This document shows positions 44,060 through 55,120 of a stretch of DNA of 64,000 nucleotides, piece by piece. Every line of letters starts with the position of its first letter. Positions within the stretch are counted from its first letter, which is position 1. A model generated the notes under the pieces. The model was not told the origin of the DNA and searched no databases. It saw nothing but the letters and a program-made list of their open reading frames with translations. Source of the DNA: Nitrospinales bacterium. Its GTDB lineage: Bacteria; Nitrospinota; Nitrospinia; Nitrospinales; VA-1. The position numbers were made by a program, and so were the translations under genes. Location of the stretch: assembly GCA_965262115.1 (NCBI GenBank), contig OZ253496.1, forward strand, positions 544,001 to 608,000. Direction: 5' to 3'.

Positions 44060-44096
44060 TCATTCGCCTCCACTAATTTCAGTATTTTTCACACCA

Positions 44097-44963
44097 TCAA
44101 CCCTTGAGGGCTTCGGCGCCATTTACAATTTCTATCAATTCTTTGGTAATGTATGCCTGCCGGGCTTGATTATAAGTCAACGTCAAGTCGCCGATCATTT
44201 CACCGGCATTGCGGGTGGCATTGTCCATCGCTGTCATACGGGCTCCGTGCTCACTGGCACTGGACTCCAGAAACGCGCGGTACACCTCAACCGTCATATA
44301 ACGCTTCAGCAGTTGATCCAGAATCGTTTCTTCATCCGGCTCATAGATGTAATCCACGACAAACGTATCGTCTTTTTTCTCCACCTTTTCGGGGATAACA
44401 GGGAGCAATTGTTCAACCACGACCTCCTGTTGCATCACCGACTTAAATTCGTTGTAAATCATGAAAACTCTATCGACTTTTTTTTCGGCAAACAAAGTGG
44501 CAAGGTTCTCACCAATTTCCTTGGCTTTCAGGTAGTCAAAGCCTTTCGTCCATCCAATGATATCCTGCCTGATCTCGACCGGGCGATTCCGAAAAATATC
44601 ATTGCCCTTTTTACCGGCAACGATCAGGGAGTTTTCATTCTGCGCATTATCTTTGAGGTATTGGGCCGTTTTGCGGATGATGCTACCGTTGAAACCGCCA
44701 CACAAACCTTTGTCCGAAGTGATGATGAGGAGCAAAGTTCGGTCCCCTTCCCGTACATCCAGCAAGGGATGAAAATCATGATTACATCGCGCCGCCAAAT
44801 GATTGAGAACATCCATCATCTTAATCGCGTAAGGCCGGGCCTCAAGAATGGCTAGCTGAGCCTTGCGCAATTTCGATGCCGCAACCAACTTCATGGCTTT
44901 GGTGATTTGCTGTGTATTTTTTACGCTTTGGATGCGTCTTTTAATATCTTTTAAATTAGGCAT
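44097..44963 (-). CDS. atpG: ATP synthase F1 gamma
   Basis: ITKAMKLVAA, DKGLCGGFN, ARMTAMDNAT. Confidence 0.97.
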   Translation of the reverse strand: MPNLKDIKRRIQSVKNTQQITKAMKLVAASKLRKAQLAILEARPYAIKMMDVLNHLAARCNHDFHPLLDVREGDRTLLLIITSDKGLCGGFNGSIIRKTAQYLKDNAQNENSLIVAGKKGNDIFRNRPVEIRQDIIGWTKGFDYLKAKEIGENLATLFAEKKVDRVFMIYNEFKSVMQQEVVVEQLLPVIPEKVEKKDDTFVVDYIYEPDEETILDQLLKRYMTVEVYRAFLESSASEHGARMTAMDNATRNAGEMIGDLTLTYNQARQAYITKELIEIVNGAEALKG

Positions 44964-44966
44964 GGA

Positions 44967-46475
44967 TCAGTTTTTGAATAGGCCTTTAAATTCTTCGATA
45001 GCGGCTTGCAACTGGCTTTCGCTGTCGTCATCGAGTTTCTTGGCTTCTGTAATTTTATCAATCAATGCCTGGTGTTTGTCTTCCATAAAATTGAGCAGGC
45101 CGCTTTCAAATTTCTGGATATCGGCGACAGGGATATCGTCCACCAGACCCCGCACACCCGCGAAGAGGGAAATGATCTGCTGAACCACGCTCAAAGGTTT
45201 ATACTGACCCTGCTTGAGCAATTCCACCAACCGTTCGCCACGATGGAGCTGGGCCTGGGTTGCAGCATCCAGGTCACTGCCGAACTGCGCGAAGGCCGCC
45301 ATTTCGCGGTATTGCGCAAGGTCCAAACGTAAACTCCCCGCAACTTGTTTCATTCCCTTAATTTGTGCCGCACCGCCAACCCGGGATACTGAAAGCCCAA
45401 CGTTGATCGCGGGGCGTACTCCGGAATAAAACAGGTCGGTTTCCAGAAAAATCTGTCCATCCGTAATGGATATCACGTTGGTTGGAATGTATGCGGAAAC
45501 ATCACCCGCCTGGGTTTCGATGATCGGCAGAGCCGTCATGGAACCTGCTCCCAACTCGTCACTGACTTTCGCCGATCGCTCCAGCAATCGAGAATGCAGA
45601 AAGAAAACGTCACCCGGATAAGCCTCGCGCCCCGGAGGTCGTCTTAACAAAAGAGACACCTGTCTGTAGGCCGCCGCCTGTTTACTCAGATCGTCATAAA
45701 CGATCAGGCAATGTTGTCCATTATCACGAAAATATTCACCCATGGCGCATCCGGCATAAGGCGCGGTAAACTGCATCGGTGCCGGGTCACTGGCCGAAGC
45801 CGAAACAACGATGGTGTACTCCATCGCACCATGTTGCTCGAGCGTTTTAACCACTCGCGCAACGGTGGACCGTTTTTGGCCTATCGCTACGTAAATGCAG
45901 AACATGTTCTGCCCTTTTTGATTGATGATCGCATCAATGGCAACGGCGGTTTTGCCCGTTTGCCGGTCACCGATGATCAGTTCCCTCTGCCCACGGCCAA
46001 TAGGAATCATGCCATCGATAGCCTTGATCCCCGTCTGCATGGGTTCATGTACTGATTTCCGGTCAATAACGCCGGGCGCAATTCTTTCAACCGGGCCGAA
46101 TTTTTCTGTTTTGATCGGCCCCTTACCGTCAATGGGATGACCTATGCCATCTACAACCCTGCCGACCAATTCAGGGCCAATGGGAACTTCCATGATGCGC
46201 CCGGTCCGCTTGACCTCATCGCCTTCTTTAATATTATCGTCCCGGCCAAGCAGAACCGCCCCGACATTATCTTCTTCAAGGTTCAAGACCATGCCTGCGA
46301 GACCGCCGGGGAATTCCAAAAGCTCGCCGGACATGGCGTTTCCCAGGCCGTAAATACGCGCGATTCCATCCCCTACCGAAATCACCCGTCCGGTTTCTTT
46401 GAGCTCGATCCCTTCTTCAAAGCCTTCAATCTGCTTTTGAATCAAGGAACTGATTTCATCGGCTCGTAAATTCAC
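44967..46475 (-). CDS. atpA: ATP synthase F1 alpha
   Basis: [22 protein letters not shown]. Confidence 0.98.
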   Translation of the reverse strand: MNLRADEISSLIQKQIEGFEEGIELKETGRVISVGDGIARIYGLGNAMSGELLEFPGGLAGMVLNLEEDNVGAVLLGRDDNIKEGDEVKRTGRIMEVPIGPELVGRVVDGIGHPIDGKGPIKTEKFGPVERIAPGVIDRKSVHEPMQTGIKAIDGMIPIGRGQRELIIGDRQTGKTAVAIDAIINQKGQNMFCIYVAIGQKRSTVARVVKTLEQHGAMEYTIVVSASASDPAPMQFTAPYAGCAMGEYFRDNGQHCLIVYDDLSKQAAAYRQVSLLLRRPPGREAYPGDVFFLHSRLLERSAKVSDELGAGSMTALPIIETQAGDVSAYIPTNVISITDGQIFLETDLFYSGVRPAINVGLSVSRVGGAAQIKGMKQVAGSLRLDLAQYREMAAFAQFGSDLDAATQAQLHRGERLVELLKQGQYKPLSVVQQIISLFAGVRGLVDDIPVADIQKFESGLLNFMEDKHQALIDKITEAKKLDDDSESQLQAAIEEFKGLFKN

Positions 46476-47027
46476 TTAGGCTACCTCCTCATTTTCTATT
46501 GTTCGTTTCAACATTTCCAAGCGGTTGCGAATGGTGTCATCCGCCACCTGGTCCCCGATGCGCAACATGACGCCGCCAATCAGCGACTCATCCACCTCGG
46601 TGTCGATCAAAATGGTTTTTCCTAAAATCTTATTCAGTGCGGCTTTCAACCAGTCGATGTTCTCATTGGTCAACGGATAGGCAGAAACGATATGGACTCG
46701 TATTCGGTTCAATCGGCGGTCCACCGCTTTTTCAAAGTATTCGACAATTTTCGCCAAATACAGCATCTTACCGCGCTCATTGAGCAAAACCAGCATATTG
46801 GATACATCGTCTGCTACCTGAAGCCGACTGCATATATCCCGAACCACGGTTTTTTTCTTTTCCGTAGCTATGGAAGGGTGCTTAAAAAAACGCGGCAACT
46901 GTTTTTCAGTATTCATGGCGTCTTCAAAGGACTGCAAATTTCCTAGGGCCTTTTCCAGCGCACCCGTGTCCGAAATACCCCCGGACAGCGCCTCGGCATA
47001 TCTTTTTCCAATCTGATTTTCCAGCAT
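46476..47027 (-). CDS. atpH: ATP synthase F1 delta
   Basis: RYAEAL, VDESLIGG; operon position. Confidence 0.92.
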   Translation of the reverse strand: MLENQIGKRYAEALSGGISDTGALEKALGNLQSFEDAMNTEKQLPRFFKHPSIATEKKKTVVRDICSRLQVADDVSNMLVLLNERGKMLYLAKIVEYFEKAVDRRLNRIRVHIVSAYPLTNENIDWLKAALNKILGKTILIDTEVDESLIGGVMLRIGDQVADDTIRNRLEMLKRTIENEEVA

Positions 47028-47049
47028 CGTTCAGCCTTAAATATGGGCG

Positions 47050-47571
47050 TCAATTATTCTGACGTTTTTCCAGTTCCGCAATCACCTGCTCAATGGACTC
47101 ATCCACAAGCTTTTTCTTATCTTCCTCACCCAGAACCTTTTTCAAAAACTTCTCTGTCGAGGCAATCGTCAAAGCCGCTGTGTAACTGCGGATTTCCTGA
47201 AGAAGCTTGTTGCGCAAGCTTAGAATTTCCTGCTCTGCATCTTTTTGAACCTGCCGGACTTTTGCTTCGGTTTCCTGAAGACTTTTTTCCTGATTCTTCT
47301 TGGCCTCATCATGGGCCAACTGCACAATCGTCTCGGCCTTGTCATGCGCGGCATTCAACGTTTCTTCCAGCTCCTTTTTGATTTGCTGCGCATCGTTTTT
47401 CAGCTTCTCGGAGTCTTTAATATCATCGCGGATTTTTTTATCGCGCATTTCCAGGGCTTCGAGAATAGGAGGAAAGGCGAATTTCTTGAGGATAAAAAAC
47501 AAAAGCCAGAAGGAAACCAGCGACCAGAAAATCAGCGAACCAAAAACAGAAACCTGTTCAAATTGAGGCAT
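47050..47571 (-). CDS. atpF: ATP synthase Fo subunit b
   Basis: MPQF, one TM helix, KFAFPPI, long coiled coil. Confidence 0.92.
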   Translation of the reverse strand: MPQFEQVSVFGSLIFWSLVSFWLLFFILKKFAFPPILEALEMRDKKIRDDIKDSEKLKNDAQQIKKELEETLNAAHDKAETIVQLAHDEAKKNQEKSLQETEAKVRQVQKDAEQEILSLRNKLLQEIRSYTAALTIASTEKFLKKVLGEEDKKKLVDESIEQVIAELEKRQNN

Positions 47572-47629
47572 ATCCAATCCTTAAAAAAAGTTCATCCAAC
47601 AGGGAAGTGGCACCCAGCCACCACCCTTT

Positions 47630-47851
47630 TCACGGCATGATGATAAAGGCAATAACCAACGCATACAGCGCGATCGCCTCTACTAGCGCAAAACCGATCC
47701 AGCAATATTTGGCAACCCGCGCCTCACAATTAGGCTGGCGCCCAACCGTCTCGATGGTTTTCGCGAAAATATAGGCGATCCCCAAGGCGGCCCCAAAAAA
47801 ACCGGCGGCACACAATCCCATTCCAATTAATGCAGCAGCTTCTGAACCCAT
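47630..47851 (-). CDS. atpE: ATP synthase Fo subunit c
   Basis: Two TM helices, RQP loop, FALVEAIALY carboxylate without the Na+-type ES/ET signature. Confidence 0.93.
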   Translation of the reverse strand: MGSEAAALIGMGLCAAGFFGAALGIAYIFAKTIETVGRQPNCEARVAKYCWIGFALVEAIALYALVIAFIIMP

Positions 47852-47887
47852 TCTTCCCTCCTACGAAAAGTTTGTGACAAAAAAATA

Positions 47888-48619
47888 TTAATGCAACTTG
47901 ACCACATCGCCAATGTAAACACAAGTGAGCGTTGTGAAAATATAAGCTTGAATAAACGCAATGGCGATTTCCAATCCGTTAATAATAATCGTGAATCCAA
48001 AAGGCATCCAGCCCACCCACAGTGGCGACGTCATAGCAAGCCCGAACAACACTGCAAGAATAGTATGCCCTGCCGTCATATTGGCGAACAACCGAACCGC
48101 AAGCGAAATAGGACGCGCCAGCATACTGACAAGTTCAATGGGAACCATTAAAGGAATCATGATCTTGGGAACCCCCGGCGGCACAAGAATGCCAAAAAAA
48201 CCCAAGCCATGTTTGCTAAATCCGATCACCAGAGTCATGATAAAAATGCCGCAGGCAAACGCCCCGGTCACCACCACCTGGCTGGTGATTGTGTAAGAGC
48301 CCGGCACCAGCCCGATCAGGTTGCAGGCCAGAATAAATAGAAACAGGGTGGCAATAAACGGAACATATTTTTTGCCCTCTTCTTCGCCGATAAACTCAAA
48401 GACCAGGTTGCGTATGAATTCCAGGACAATTTCCAGAATGCTCTGCAGTTTTCCCGGTATGGGAGAAACCCCCCGCTTCACTACCAGCATGAAGCTTCCG
48501 GCAACGATGGCTAACCCCACCCACATCGCCACCACCGCGTTGTTGATGGAAAGATCCAGCCCCCCTATATGGATAGGAATAATATTGTGAACTTCAAAAT
48601 GATGTAACGGACTTTCCAT
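47888..48619 (-). CDS. atpB: ATP synthase Fo subunit a
   Basis: RPISLAVRLFANMTAGH, IQAYIF. Confidence 0.96.
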   Translation of the reverse strand: MESPLHHFEVHNIIPIHIGGLDLSINNAVVAMWVGLAIVAGSFMLVVKRGVSPIPGKLQSILEIVLEFIRNLVFEFIGEEEGKKYVPFIATLFLFILACNLIGLVPGSYTITSQVVVTGAFACGIFIMTLVIGFSKHGLGFFGILVPPGVPKIMIPLMVPIELVSMLARPISLAVRLFANMTAGHTILAVLFGLAMTSPLWVGWMPFGFTIIINGLEIAIAFIQAYIFTTLTCVYIGDVVKLH

Positions 48620-48637
48620 AGTTCAGTCTAATCCAAA

Positions 48638-48880
48638 TCAGGAATTGTTATTATTATCGTCATCGTCTTCCATATCCAACAACATCGCCGCCCGATAAAC
48701 GTTCAAACACCCTGCGGCCCCTCCCACTATAACCCCGACTGCCAAACCCCAAGGCCGTGTGCCGAAAAATCGATCCAAGCCATGACCTAGCAAAGCGCCT
48801 ATTAACGTGGCTACCGTCAGTTCAGTTCCCAATCTGAACGCTATCTGCATACCTTGACGGAGACCGTTGTTTTTACTCAT
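48638..48880 (-). CDS. AtpZ/AtpI-family protein
   Basis: G.GLDRFFGTRPWG; first gene of the atp operon. Confidence 0.85.
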   Translation of the reverse strand: MSKNNGLRQGMQIAFRLGTELTVATLIGALLGHGLDRFFGTRPWGLAVGVIVGGAAGCLNVYRAAMLLDMEDDDDNNNNS

Positions 48881-49124
48881 TAATTTAACGCTCGGGAGGA
48901 ACCGTGTGGCAGGAAATCGGGCCCATCGTACCTCAACGGTCCAAGGTTGTCCAAAAAAATATTTTCACGGCCAAACCCACCTAAACACTTGAAAATCCGC
49001 CCTGAATGCTAGCAAATCAGGCATCAAACCAGGAGCAGGACGCATTCTTTTCATCACCAGTGCGCCTTGAAGGCCCGGCTCCTGTTCACAACTGAATTTT
49101 AAAATGGGTTTTTTAACACTTAAT

Positions 49125-49451
49125 TTAATAAGGAAGGGTTCCGTATTCGGTTTCATATGCCTCAATGGGAATCATCTCAATCGCATCCCAGGGGCAACCT
49201 TCTAAGAAAGTATCCATTGGACCTTTACTGATACACTTTTTACAACCAATGCACAGCAAAGGATCTACATAGACAAGGTTAAAAGCCGGAGCATGTTCAT
49301 TTTCCACCTCATACATACAATTGTCGACCGGACACTCGGTGATGCAGATGGGTGACCCAGCGCAACCGGTACAGGCCTCGTTGATAACGGCCATTAGTTT
49401 AGGTTTTCGTTTTCTCTGTACGTTTCGCTTGGCTTTTTCTTTGGTGGCCAT
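49125..49451 (-). CDS. 4Fe-4S dicluster ferredoxin-like protein
   Basis: CTGCAGSPICITECP and CIGCKKC...CPWDAI. Confidence 0.85.
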   Translation of the reverse strand: MATKEKAKRNVQRKRKPKLMAVINEACTGCAGSPICITECPVDNCMYEVENEHAPAFNLVYVDPLLCIGCKKCISKGPMDTFLEGCPWDAIEMIPIEAYETEYGTLPY

Positions 49452-49828
49452 GAATCTATCCTATCAGTTCAATGGGGTATTCCAAACAATTGTAACAAAA
49501 CCGTCGGGGATTATAACCCCAATCTATCCATCATTTCAATATTTTCAGGGACCAAGAATGAGAAAAAATTAAAGGGGTCCTGTAGCCTTCCACCCGGTTA
49601 TGCGGTCGGATCAGGGATATCTGTAGCAAAACCTTAGACCCTTTTTGATTTACACCCAAGAGCCGCTGTATTAAGATAAAGGTGGATTCGCGATAAGTTC
49701 AACTCCTTAAAGGAGTTGTGGCTATTCCGCTTTTCTATACCGGGCTGTAAACCGGATTTTCAAACAAGAAACCCTTCCCTGTACTTCTTTCCGTTGTTGG
49801 AAGAATAGGTGAATCCAGTGTTTTTGCC

Positions 49829-50842
49829 ATGTCATTCAAATCGATTCTGGGCCAGTCACAGCCTAAAAAAATACTGACCAACGCACTCCAAAACAGCAGT
49901 GTCGCCCACGCCTACCTGTTTTATGGACCAGAGAGCGTCGGCAAAAAAAAGTTAGCCATTGCCTTGGCCAAAGCTCTCAACTGCAAAGGGGCAGACTCAT
50001 TGGATGCTTGCGATGAGTGCGAATCCTGCCGGAAAATTGAGCGCGGTATCCATCCTGATTTTTTCTATCTCGAACCGGTCAAAAGCACCCCAACCTCTCG
50101 CGAAGCAGTCATTAAAATAGAAGCGATTCGCGAACTGCAAAAAAAACTGGCCTACCTACCGTATGAGGGGAAAACAAAAGTTGTGGTGATCGATTCTGCT
50201 GAACTCATGAACCCGCAAGCCATGAACTCCTTTTTAAAGACGTTGGAAGAACCGCCCTCTTCCACCGTGCTGTTACTGATCTCTTCCAATCCCAACAGGA
50301 TGTTGCCGACTCTGCTTTCGAGGTGTCAGGGAATCCAGTTTCACCGCCTCGCTTCCTCAGATATCCGGACGATCATCCAATCCCAGCCTCAGGAGGAAGG
50401 AAAGCCGTGGACAGAATCAGAACTTGATTTTCGTGTTCAACGGTCACAGGGAAGCGTGGACCGGGCTCTGGCTGAAGACATCGACGAAATAGAAAATTTA
50501 AGAGAACAATTGCTGGAAGTTCTGGAAAAAGTGTCTTTCGACCGCATGGATATTGTGTTCGCCTTTGCCAAAGCCTGGGCAAGAAATACCGAACAGCCCG
50601 TGTTGAACGAATTATTGGGTTTGATTCGCGACCTGGCTCTTTATCGTTCAGGTTGCGCTCAATCTGATATCCAAAACGGAGATTTATCCGCTAAAATGAT
50701 ACCGATTGCTCAAACCCGCAGTCTCAAAGCCTGGCTCGATCGATTCACCGCCGTGCGTAATACCCAGATCGCTTTGTCTGGCAACGCCAATGCCCAGTTG
50801 TTTCTTGAAAACATGCTCATCGAATTTTGTGAGGCCGCATAA
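49829..50842 (+). CDS. holB: DNA polymerase III delta-prime
   Basis: HAYLFYG, zinc module, HPDF, NSFLKTLEEPP, PTLLSRC. Confidence 0.93.
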   Translation: MSFKSILGQSQPKKILTNALQNSSVAHAYLFYGPESVGKKKLAIALAKALNCKGADSLDACDECESCRKIERGIHPDFFYLEPVKSTPTSREAVIKIEAIRELQKKLAYLPYEGKTKVVVIDSAELMNPQAMNSFLKTLEEPPSSTVLLLISSNPNRMLPTLLSRCQGIQFHRLASSDIRTIIQSQPQEEGKPWTESELDFRVQRSQGSVDRALAEDIDEIENLREQLLEVLEKVSFDRMDIVFAFAKAWARNTEQPVLNELLGLIRDLALYRSGCAQSDIQNGDLSAKMIPIAQTRSLKAWLDRFTAVRNTQIALSGNANAQLFLENMLIEFCEAA

Positions 50843-50847
50843 AACTT

Positions 50848-51735
50848 ATGAATACCGTTGTTGAAGAAAAATCCCAAAATCCTTCTGCGAAGGAACCACC
50901 CAAGTTTGTGATCGGGGTACGAATCCTCGAGCAGATTAAATCGGGACAATATAATCCGGCTGACTTAAAGCTGAAGGTCGGGATGACGGTGATGGTCAAC
51001 ACTCACCAGGGTTTGAAAATGGGGGTGGTGGCCTCAAACAAAGTCCTTAATTTTAAAAAGAACAGTCAGGAGAGCCGGGTATTGCGCATCGCCAATGACA
51101 ACGATTTCCAGGCGGAAAATCGGCGGCATCAAGTCGAGGGAAAAGCCAAAACCCTGTGCGGCGACAAAATTATAGAACTGAAACTGCCGATGAACCTTAG
51201 CCGGGTGGTGCACCAGCCGCATATGAACAAAACAATTTTTTTCTTCACCGCCGAAGGTCGGGTGGACTTTCGCCAATTGATCCGCGACCTGGCTTCCAAC
51301 CTGCGCCACCGCATTGAGATGAAACAAGTGGGAGTGCGTGACGAGGCCAAGGTCATAGGAGGCTATGGGGTGTGTGGAGAAACACTTTGCTGTTCCACCT
51401 GGCTTCCTGACTTCACACCCGTGACCATAAAAATGGCCAAAAATCAGGGGATGGCGCTCAACCCCAGCAAAATTTCCGGCGTATGTGGACGGCTCATGTG
51501 TTGCCTGCAATATGAGCACGACAACTACAAAGCCCTCATCAAAAACCTGCCCCGGGTAAACAGCCATATCCAAACTCCGGACGGCCCTGGTCGAGTGCTT
51601 AAAAATGAAATTCTGGAACAGCGTGTCGTGGTTCTGCTGGAAGATGAAAGTATAATGACCTATCCTATCGGTGAACTACCAAAACCTCAAGATTCTCAGA
51701 AACCTCAAAGCTCTCAAATTCCTCAAAAACCCTGA
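50848..51735 (+). CDS. ricT: PSP1-domain RicT/YaaT-family protein
   Basis: FTAEGRVDFR, G.CG..LCCS, KISGVCGRLMCCLQYE. Confidence 0.88.
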   Translation: MNTVVEEKSQNPSAKEPPKFVIGVRILEQIKSGQYNPADLKLKVGMTVMVNTHQGLKMGVVASNKVLNFKKNSQESRVLRIANDNDFQAENRRHQVEGKAKTLCGDKIIELKLPMNLSRVVHQPHMNKTIFFFTAEGRVDFRQLIRDLASNLRHRIEMKQVGVRDEAKVIGGYGVCGETLCCSTWLPDFTPVTIKMAKNQGMALNPSKISGVCGRLMCCLQYEHDNYKALIKNLPRVNSHIQTPDGPGRVLKNEILEQRVVVLLEDESIMTYPIGELPKPQDSQKPQSSQIPQKP

Positions 51736-51752
51736 AGCTGAAAAACCATTCC

Positions 51753-53669
51753 ATGCCACAAGACAAGTTTTATATCACCACCCCAATTTATTATGTGAAC
51801 GATGTTCCGCATATCGGCCATGCCTACACAACCATCGCGGCGGATGTGGTGGCCCGTTACAAACGTCTGGAAGGTTATGAAGTCTTTTTCCTGACCGGCA
51901 CCGATGAGCATGGACAAAAAGTCCAGCAGGCCGCCAATGACCTGAGTGTGAGTCCAAAGGAGCATGTCGACAAAATGCATCAGCGGTTCAAAGAACTCTG
52001 GGTGCGGCTTAATATTTCCAACAGCGATTTCATCCGCACCACCGAAGAGCGGCACAAGAAATTAGTCCGCAACATTCTTCAGGAACTCCACTCCAAGGAT
52101 GAAATTTACCGGGACAGCTATGAAGGTTGGTATTGCACACCCTGCGAACGGTTCTGGACCGAGAAAGACCTCGCACAAGGCAACTGCCCGGAATGCCAAC
52201 GCAAGGTGGAAAAGATTAAAGAACATAATTATTTTTTTCGCATGGGAAAATATCAGGAATGGTTGATTGATCGAATTAAGAACGACCCGCATTTCATTCT
52301 TCCCGCTTCCCGAAGAAATGAAGTGCTCGGTTTTCTCGATAAACCGCTCGAAGATTTATGCATATCAAGGCCCAAATCCCGGCTGCCCTGGGGTATCCCC
52401 CTGCCCTTCGACGAGGAATACGTCACCTATGTCTGGTTCGATGCACTGATCAACTACATCTCCATCCATGGTTCACTGGACAATATCAAAGCATCCGGAT
52501 TCTGGCCCGCCGATCACAATATGGTGGGCAAAGATATTCTCACCACCCATGCAGTGTACTGGTCCACCATGCTGAAAGCCATCGGACTGGAGCCACCAAA
52601 AAATATTTTCGCGCATGGCTGGTGGACAGTGAACGGACAAAAAATGTCCAAGTCATTACAGAATGTTGTGGAGCCCAATCAGTTGATCGAGCAGTTCGGG
52701 GTCGATGTCATCCGCTATTTTCTTCTTCGCGAAGTTCCTTTCGGACTGGATGGCGACTTCTCGCACAAAGCCCTCATAGGCAGGCTCAACAGCGATCTGG
52801 CCAACAACCTCGGCAATTTACTGAATCGAACCGTCAATATGATGAAAAAATATTGTGGTGGAGTCGTCCCCACTCCGGCTACAGCCGGTCCGGAAGACGA
52901 ACCCTTAACCACCAAAGCCGGAGAAGTCATTGCTGAAGTGCGCAAACTTTATGGCGAACTGGCTTACAATAAAATCCTGCAAAAAATCTGGGAGCTGGTG
53001 GATACCACTAATCAATACATCGATAAAACCGGGCCCTGGAATTTAGCCAAAACTGATGAGGGCAAAGAACGGCTAAAAACAGTGATGTATAACTCGGCAG
53101 AATCGCTTCGAGTGCTGGGAGTTTTATTGAATCCCTTTATGCCAACGAGCACCGAGGCCTTGATGAAACAACTGGGTGCAGAGACTTCGATTGAAGATCA
53201 AGGCATGAGATCCATCAACGAATGGGGTGGACTGAAACCGGAAAGTCAAACACAAAAGGCCAAGCAATTATTCCCAAGAATTGAAGACAAACAGGCAGAA
53301 AAGATTCTTGCTGAACTTGCCGCACCAAAAAAAGATAATAAAGACAGCCAGATCACCATCGACGAGTTCATGAAAGTGGAACTGAAAACGGGTAAAATTC
53401 TCGAAGCAGAGAAAGTTAAAAAATCCAAAAAACTCATTCAACTTAAAGTCGATATCGGCACCGAGACCCGACAGGTACTCGTCGGCATTGCCGAAAGTTA
53501 TGAACCGGAAGACCTCGTTGGCCGAACAGTGATCATCGTTGCCAACTTGAAGCCGGCCAAACTCATGGGCATCGAGTCGCAGGGCATGGTGCTGGCAGCA
53601 AGCAATGACGGAAAAATCCTGCTGGCCGGATTCGACCAGGAACCAGGACAAGGAATCCAGGTAAGATGA
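51753..53669 (+). CDS. metG: Methionyl-tRNA synthetase with C-terminal tRNA-binding domain
   Basis: HIGH, GTDEHG, YVWFDAL, KMSKS, C-terminal OB fold. Confidence 0.97.
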   Translation: MPQDKFYITTPIYYVNDVPHIGHAYTTIAADVVARYKRLEGYEVFFLTGTDEHGQKVQQAANDLSVSPKEHVDKMHQRFKELWVRLNISNSDFIRTTEERHKKLVRNILQELHSKDEIYRDSYEGWYCTPCERFWTEKDLAQGNCPECQRKVEKIKEHNYFFRMGKYQEWLIDRIKNDPHFILPASRRNEVLGFLDKPLEDLCISRPKSRLPWGIPLPFDEEYVTYVWFDALINYISIHGSLDNIKASGFWPADHNMVGKDILTTHAVYWSTMLKAIGLEPPKNIFAHGWWTVNGQKMSKSLQNVVEPNQLIEQFGVDVIRYFLLREVPFGLDGDFSHKALIGRLNSDLANNLGNLLNRTVNMMKKYCGGVVPTPATAGPEDEPLTTKAGEVIAEVRKLYGELAYNKILQKIWELVDTTNQYIDKTGPWNLAKTDEGKERLKTVMYNSAESLRVLGVLLNPFMPTSTEALMKQLGAETSIEDQGMRSINEWGGLKPESQTQKAKQLFPRIEDKQAEKILAELAAPKKDNKDSQITIDEFMKVELKTGKILEAEKVKKSKKLIQLKVDIGTETRQVLVGIAESYEPEDLVGRTVIIVANLKPAKLMGIESQGMVLAASNDGKILLAGFDQEPGQGIQVR

Positions 53670-55057
53670 TTATTGACACCCACGCACATATTGATGTTGC
53701 CGATTTCGACGAAGATCGCGAAGCGGTGATCGAACGCGCCCGCGAAAACGGTGTTCAATACATGCTCAATATCGGTTGCGATGTCGAAAGCAGTTACCGC
53801 TCCATGGAACTGTCGGAGCAGTATGATTTCATTTACGCCACTGCTGGCGTCCACCCGCACGATGTTAAATCCATCGATGCAGACACCTACGCCCACTTGC
53901 GACAACTGTTGCTTCACCCTAAAGTCATCGCTTTAGGCGAGATCGGACTCGACTTCTTCAAAAACTATTCCCCGCAGGATCAACAGCGCACCCATTTCCG
54001 CAAACAGATCCAGCTTGCCCGAGAAATGAACAAGCCCATCATCATACACAGCCGGGACGCCAAAGAAGATATCATCGCTATCCTCTCGGAGTTTTACCCG
54101 AAGGACCCGACCGCGCTTTCGGGAATCTTTCACTGCTTTTCCGGAGATCAGGAACTGGCCGACAAAGCCTTGGAAATGGGATTTTATATCTCCTTTTCCG
54201 GTTCGGTAACTTTTAAAAAAGCCGAAGTCCTACGGGAGGTGGCAAAGACCGTTCCGGCAGACCGGCTGTTCGCCGAAACCGATTGCCCTTACCTGACTCC
54301 CGTTCCTCATCGAGGCAAACGCAACGAACCGGCCTACGTGAACTTCACCGCCGAAAAACTTGCGGAAATTCGCGGACTGAAAATTGAAGATGTACAACGC
54401 ACCATGGCTCTCAACTTCTTCGAACTGTTCGGAATTGGGGAAAACGCCAAAACCGGAACGGTGTCTTATAAAATCCGCAACTCGCTTTACTTGAACCTGA
54501 CGCAACGGTGCACAGCGGATTGCGTGTTCTGCACCCGTCTGACCAAGCCAGTCGTCCAAGGTCATAATCTGGCACTGGATCGGGAACCAACCGCGAAAGA
54601 AGTCTGGGATTCCATCGACGATGTTAAAAATTATGACGAGATCGTTTTCTGCGGGTTTGGAGAGCCAACATTGAGACTAGATGTTATCAAGGAGGTGGCG
54701 CAAAAAATAAAAGACGCCGGAGGGCGTGTACGGCTCAACACTAATGGTCACGGCAACGTCATCAACAAGCGCAATATTCTTCCTGAACTGTCAGGGCTGA
54801 TCGATGAAGTTTCCGTGAGCCTCAACACCGATACTTCTGAGGCCTACGACGAAATCTGCCAGCCTCTACCCATGTTCCGAAACGGCATCTACGACAAGAT
54901 TAAAGAATTCATCGCCGAAGCAAAAAAGCATATTCCCGAAGTGCAGGCCACCATCGTCACGCACCAGAAGAATGTGAACGAAGCCCAATGCGAAACCATC
55001 GTCAATGAGGAATTCGGAGTAAAATACCGACCTCGAAGATACAATATAGTAGGTTAA
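53666..55057 (+). CDS. tatD: TatD-family hydrolase fused to a TatD-associated radical SAM domain
   Basis: IDTHAH, GEIGLD, HCFSG, ETDCP, then LYLNLT.RCTADCVFC and FCGFGEP. Confidence 0.88.
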   Translation: MIIDTHAHIDVADFDEDREAVIERARENGVQYMLNIGCDVESSYRSMELSEQYDFIYATAGVHPHDVKSIDADTYAHLRQLLLHPKVIALGEIGLDFFKNYSPQDQQRTHFRKQIQLAREMNKPIIIHSRDAKEDIIAILSEFYPKDPTALSGIFHCFSGDQELADKALEMGFYISFSGSVTFKKAEVLREVAKTVPADRLFAETDCPYLTPVPHRGKRNEPAYVNFTAEKLAEIRGLKIEDVQRTMALNFFELFGIGENAKTGTVSYKIRNSLYLNLTQRCTADCVFCTRLTKPVVQGHNLALDREPTAKEVWDSIDDVKNYDEIVFCGFGEPTLRLDVIKEVAQKIKDAGGRVRLNTNGHGNVINKRNILPELSGLIDEVSVSLNTDTSEAYDEICQPLPMFRNGIYDKIKEFIAEAKKHIPEVQATIVTHQKNVNEAQCETIVNEEFGVKYRPRRYNIVG

Positions 55058-55120
55058 GCGGCGAACCGCCGCAGGTAAATAGCAATAACTTATCTTGTGT
55101 ACAAGGAAATATCTCGGCTG

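Noticed and set aside
47630..47851. Na+-translocating ATP synthase
   Set aside because: The c subunit has EA rather than the ES/ET Na+-binding signature.
53666..55057. TatD-radical SAM fusion as a novelty
   Set aside because: TatD-associated radical SAM proteins and their fusion to TatD are already known.
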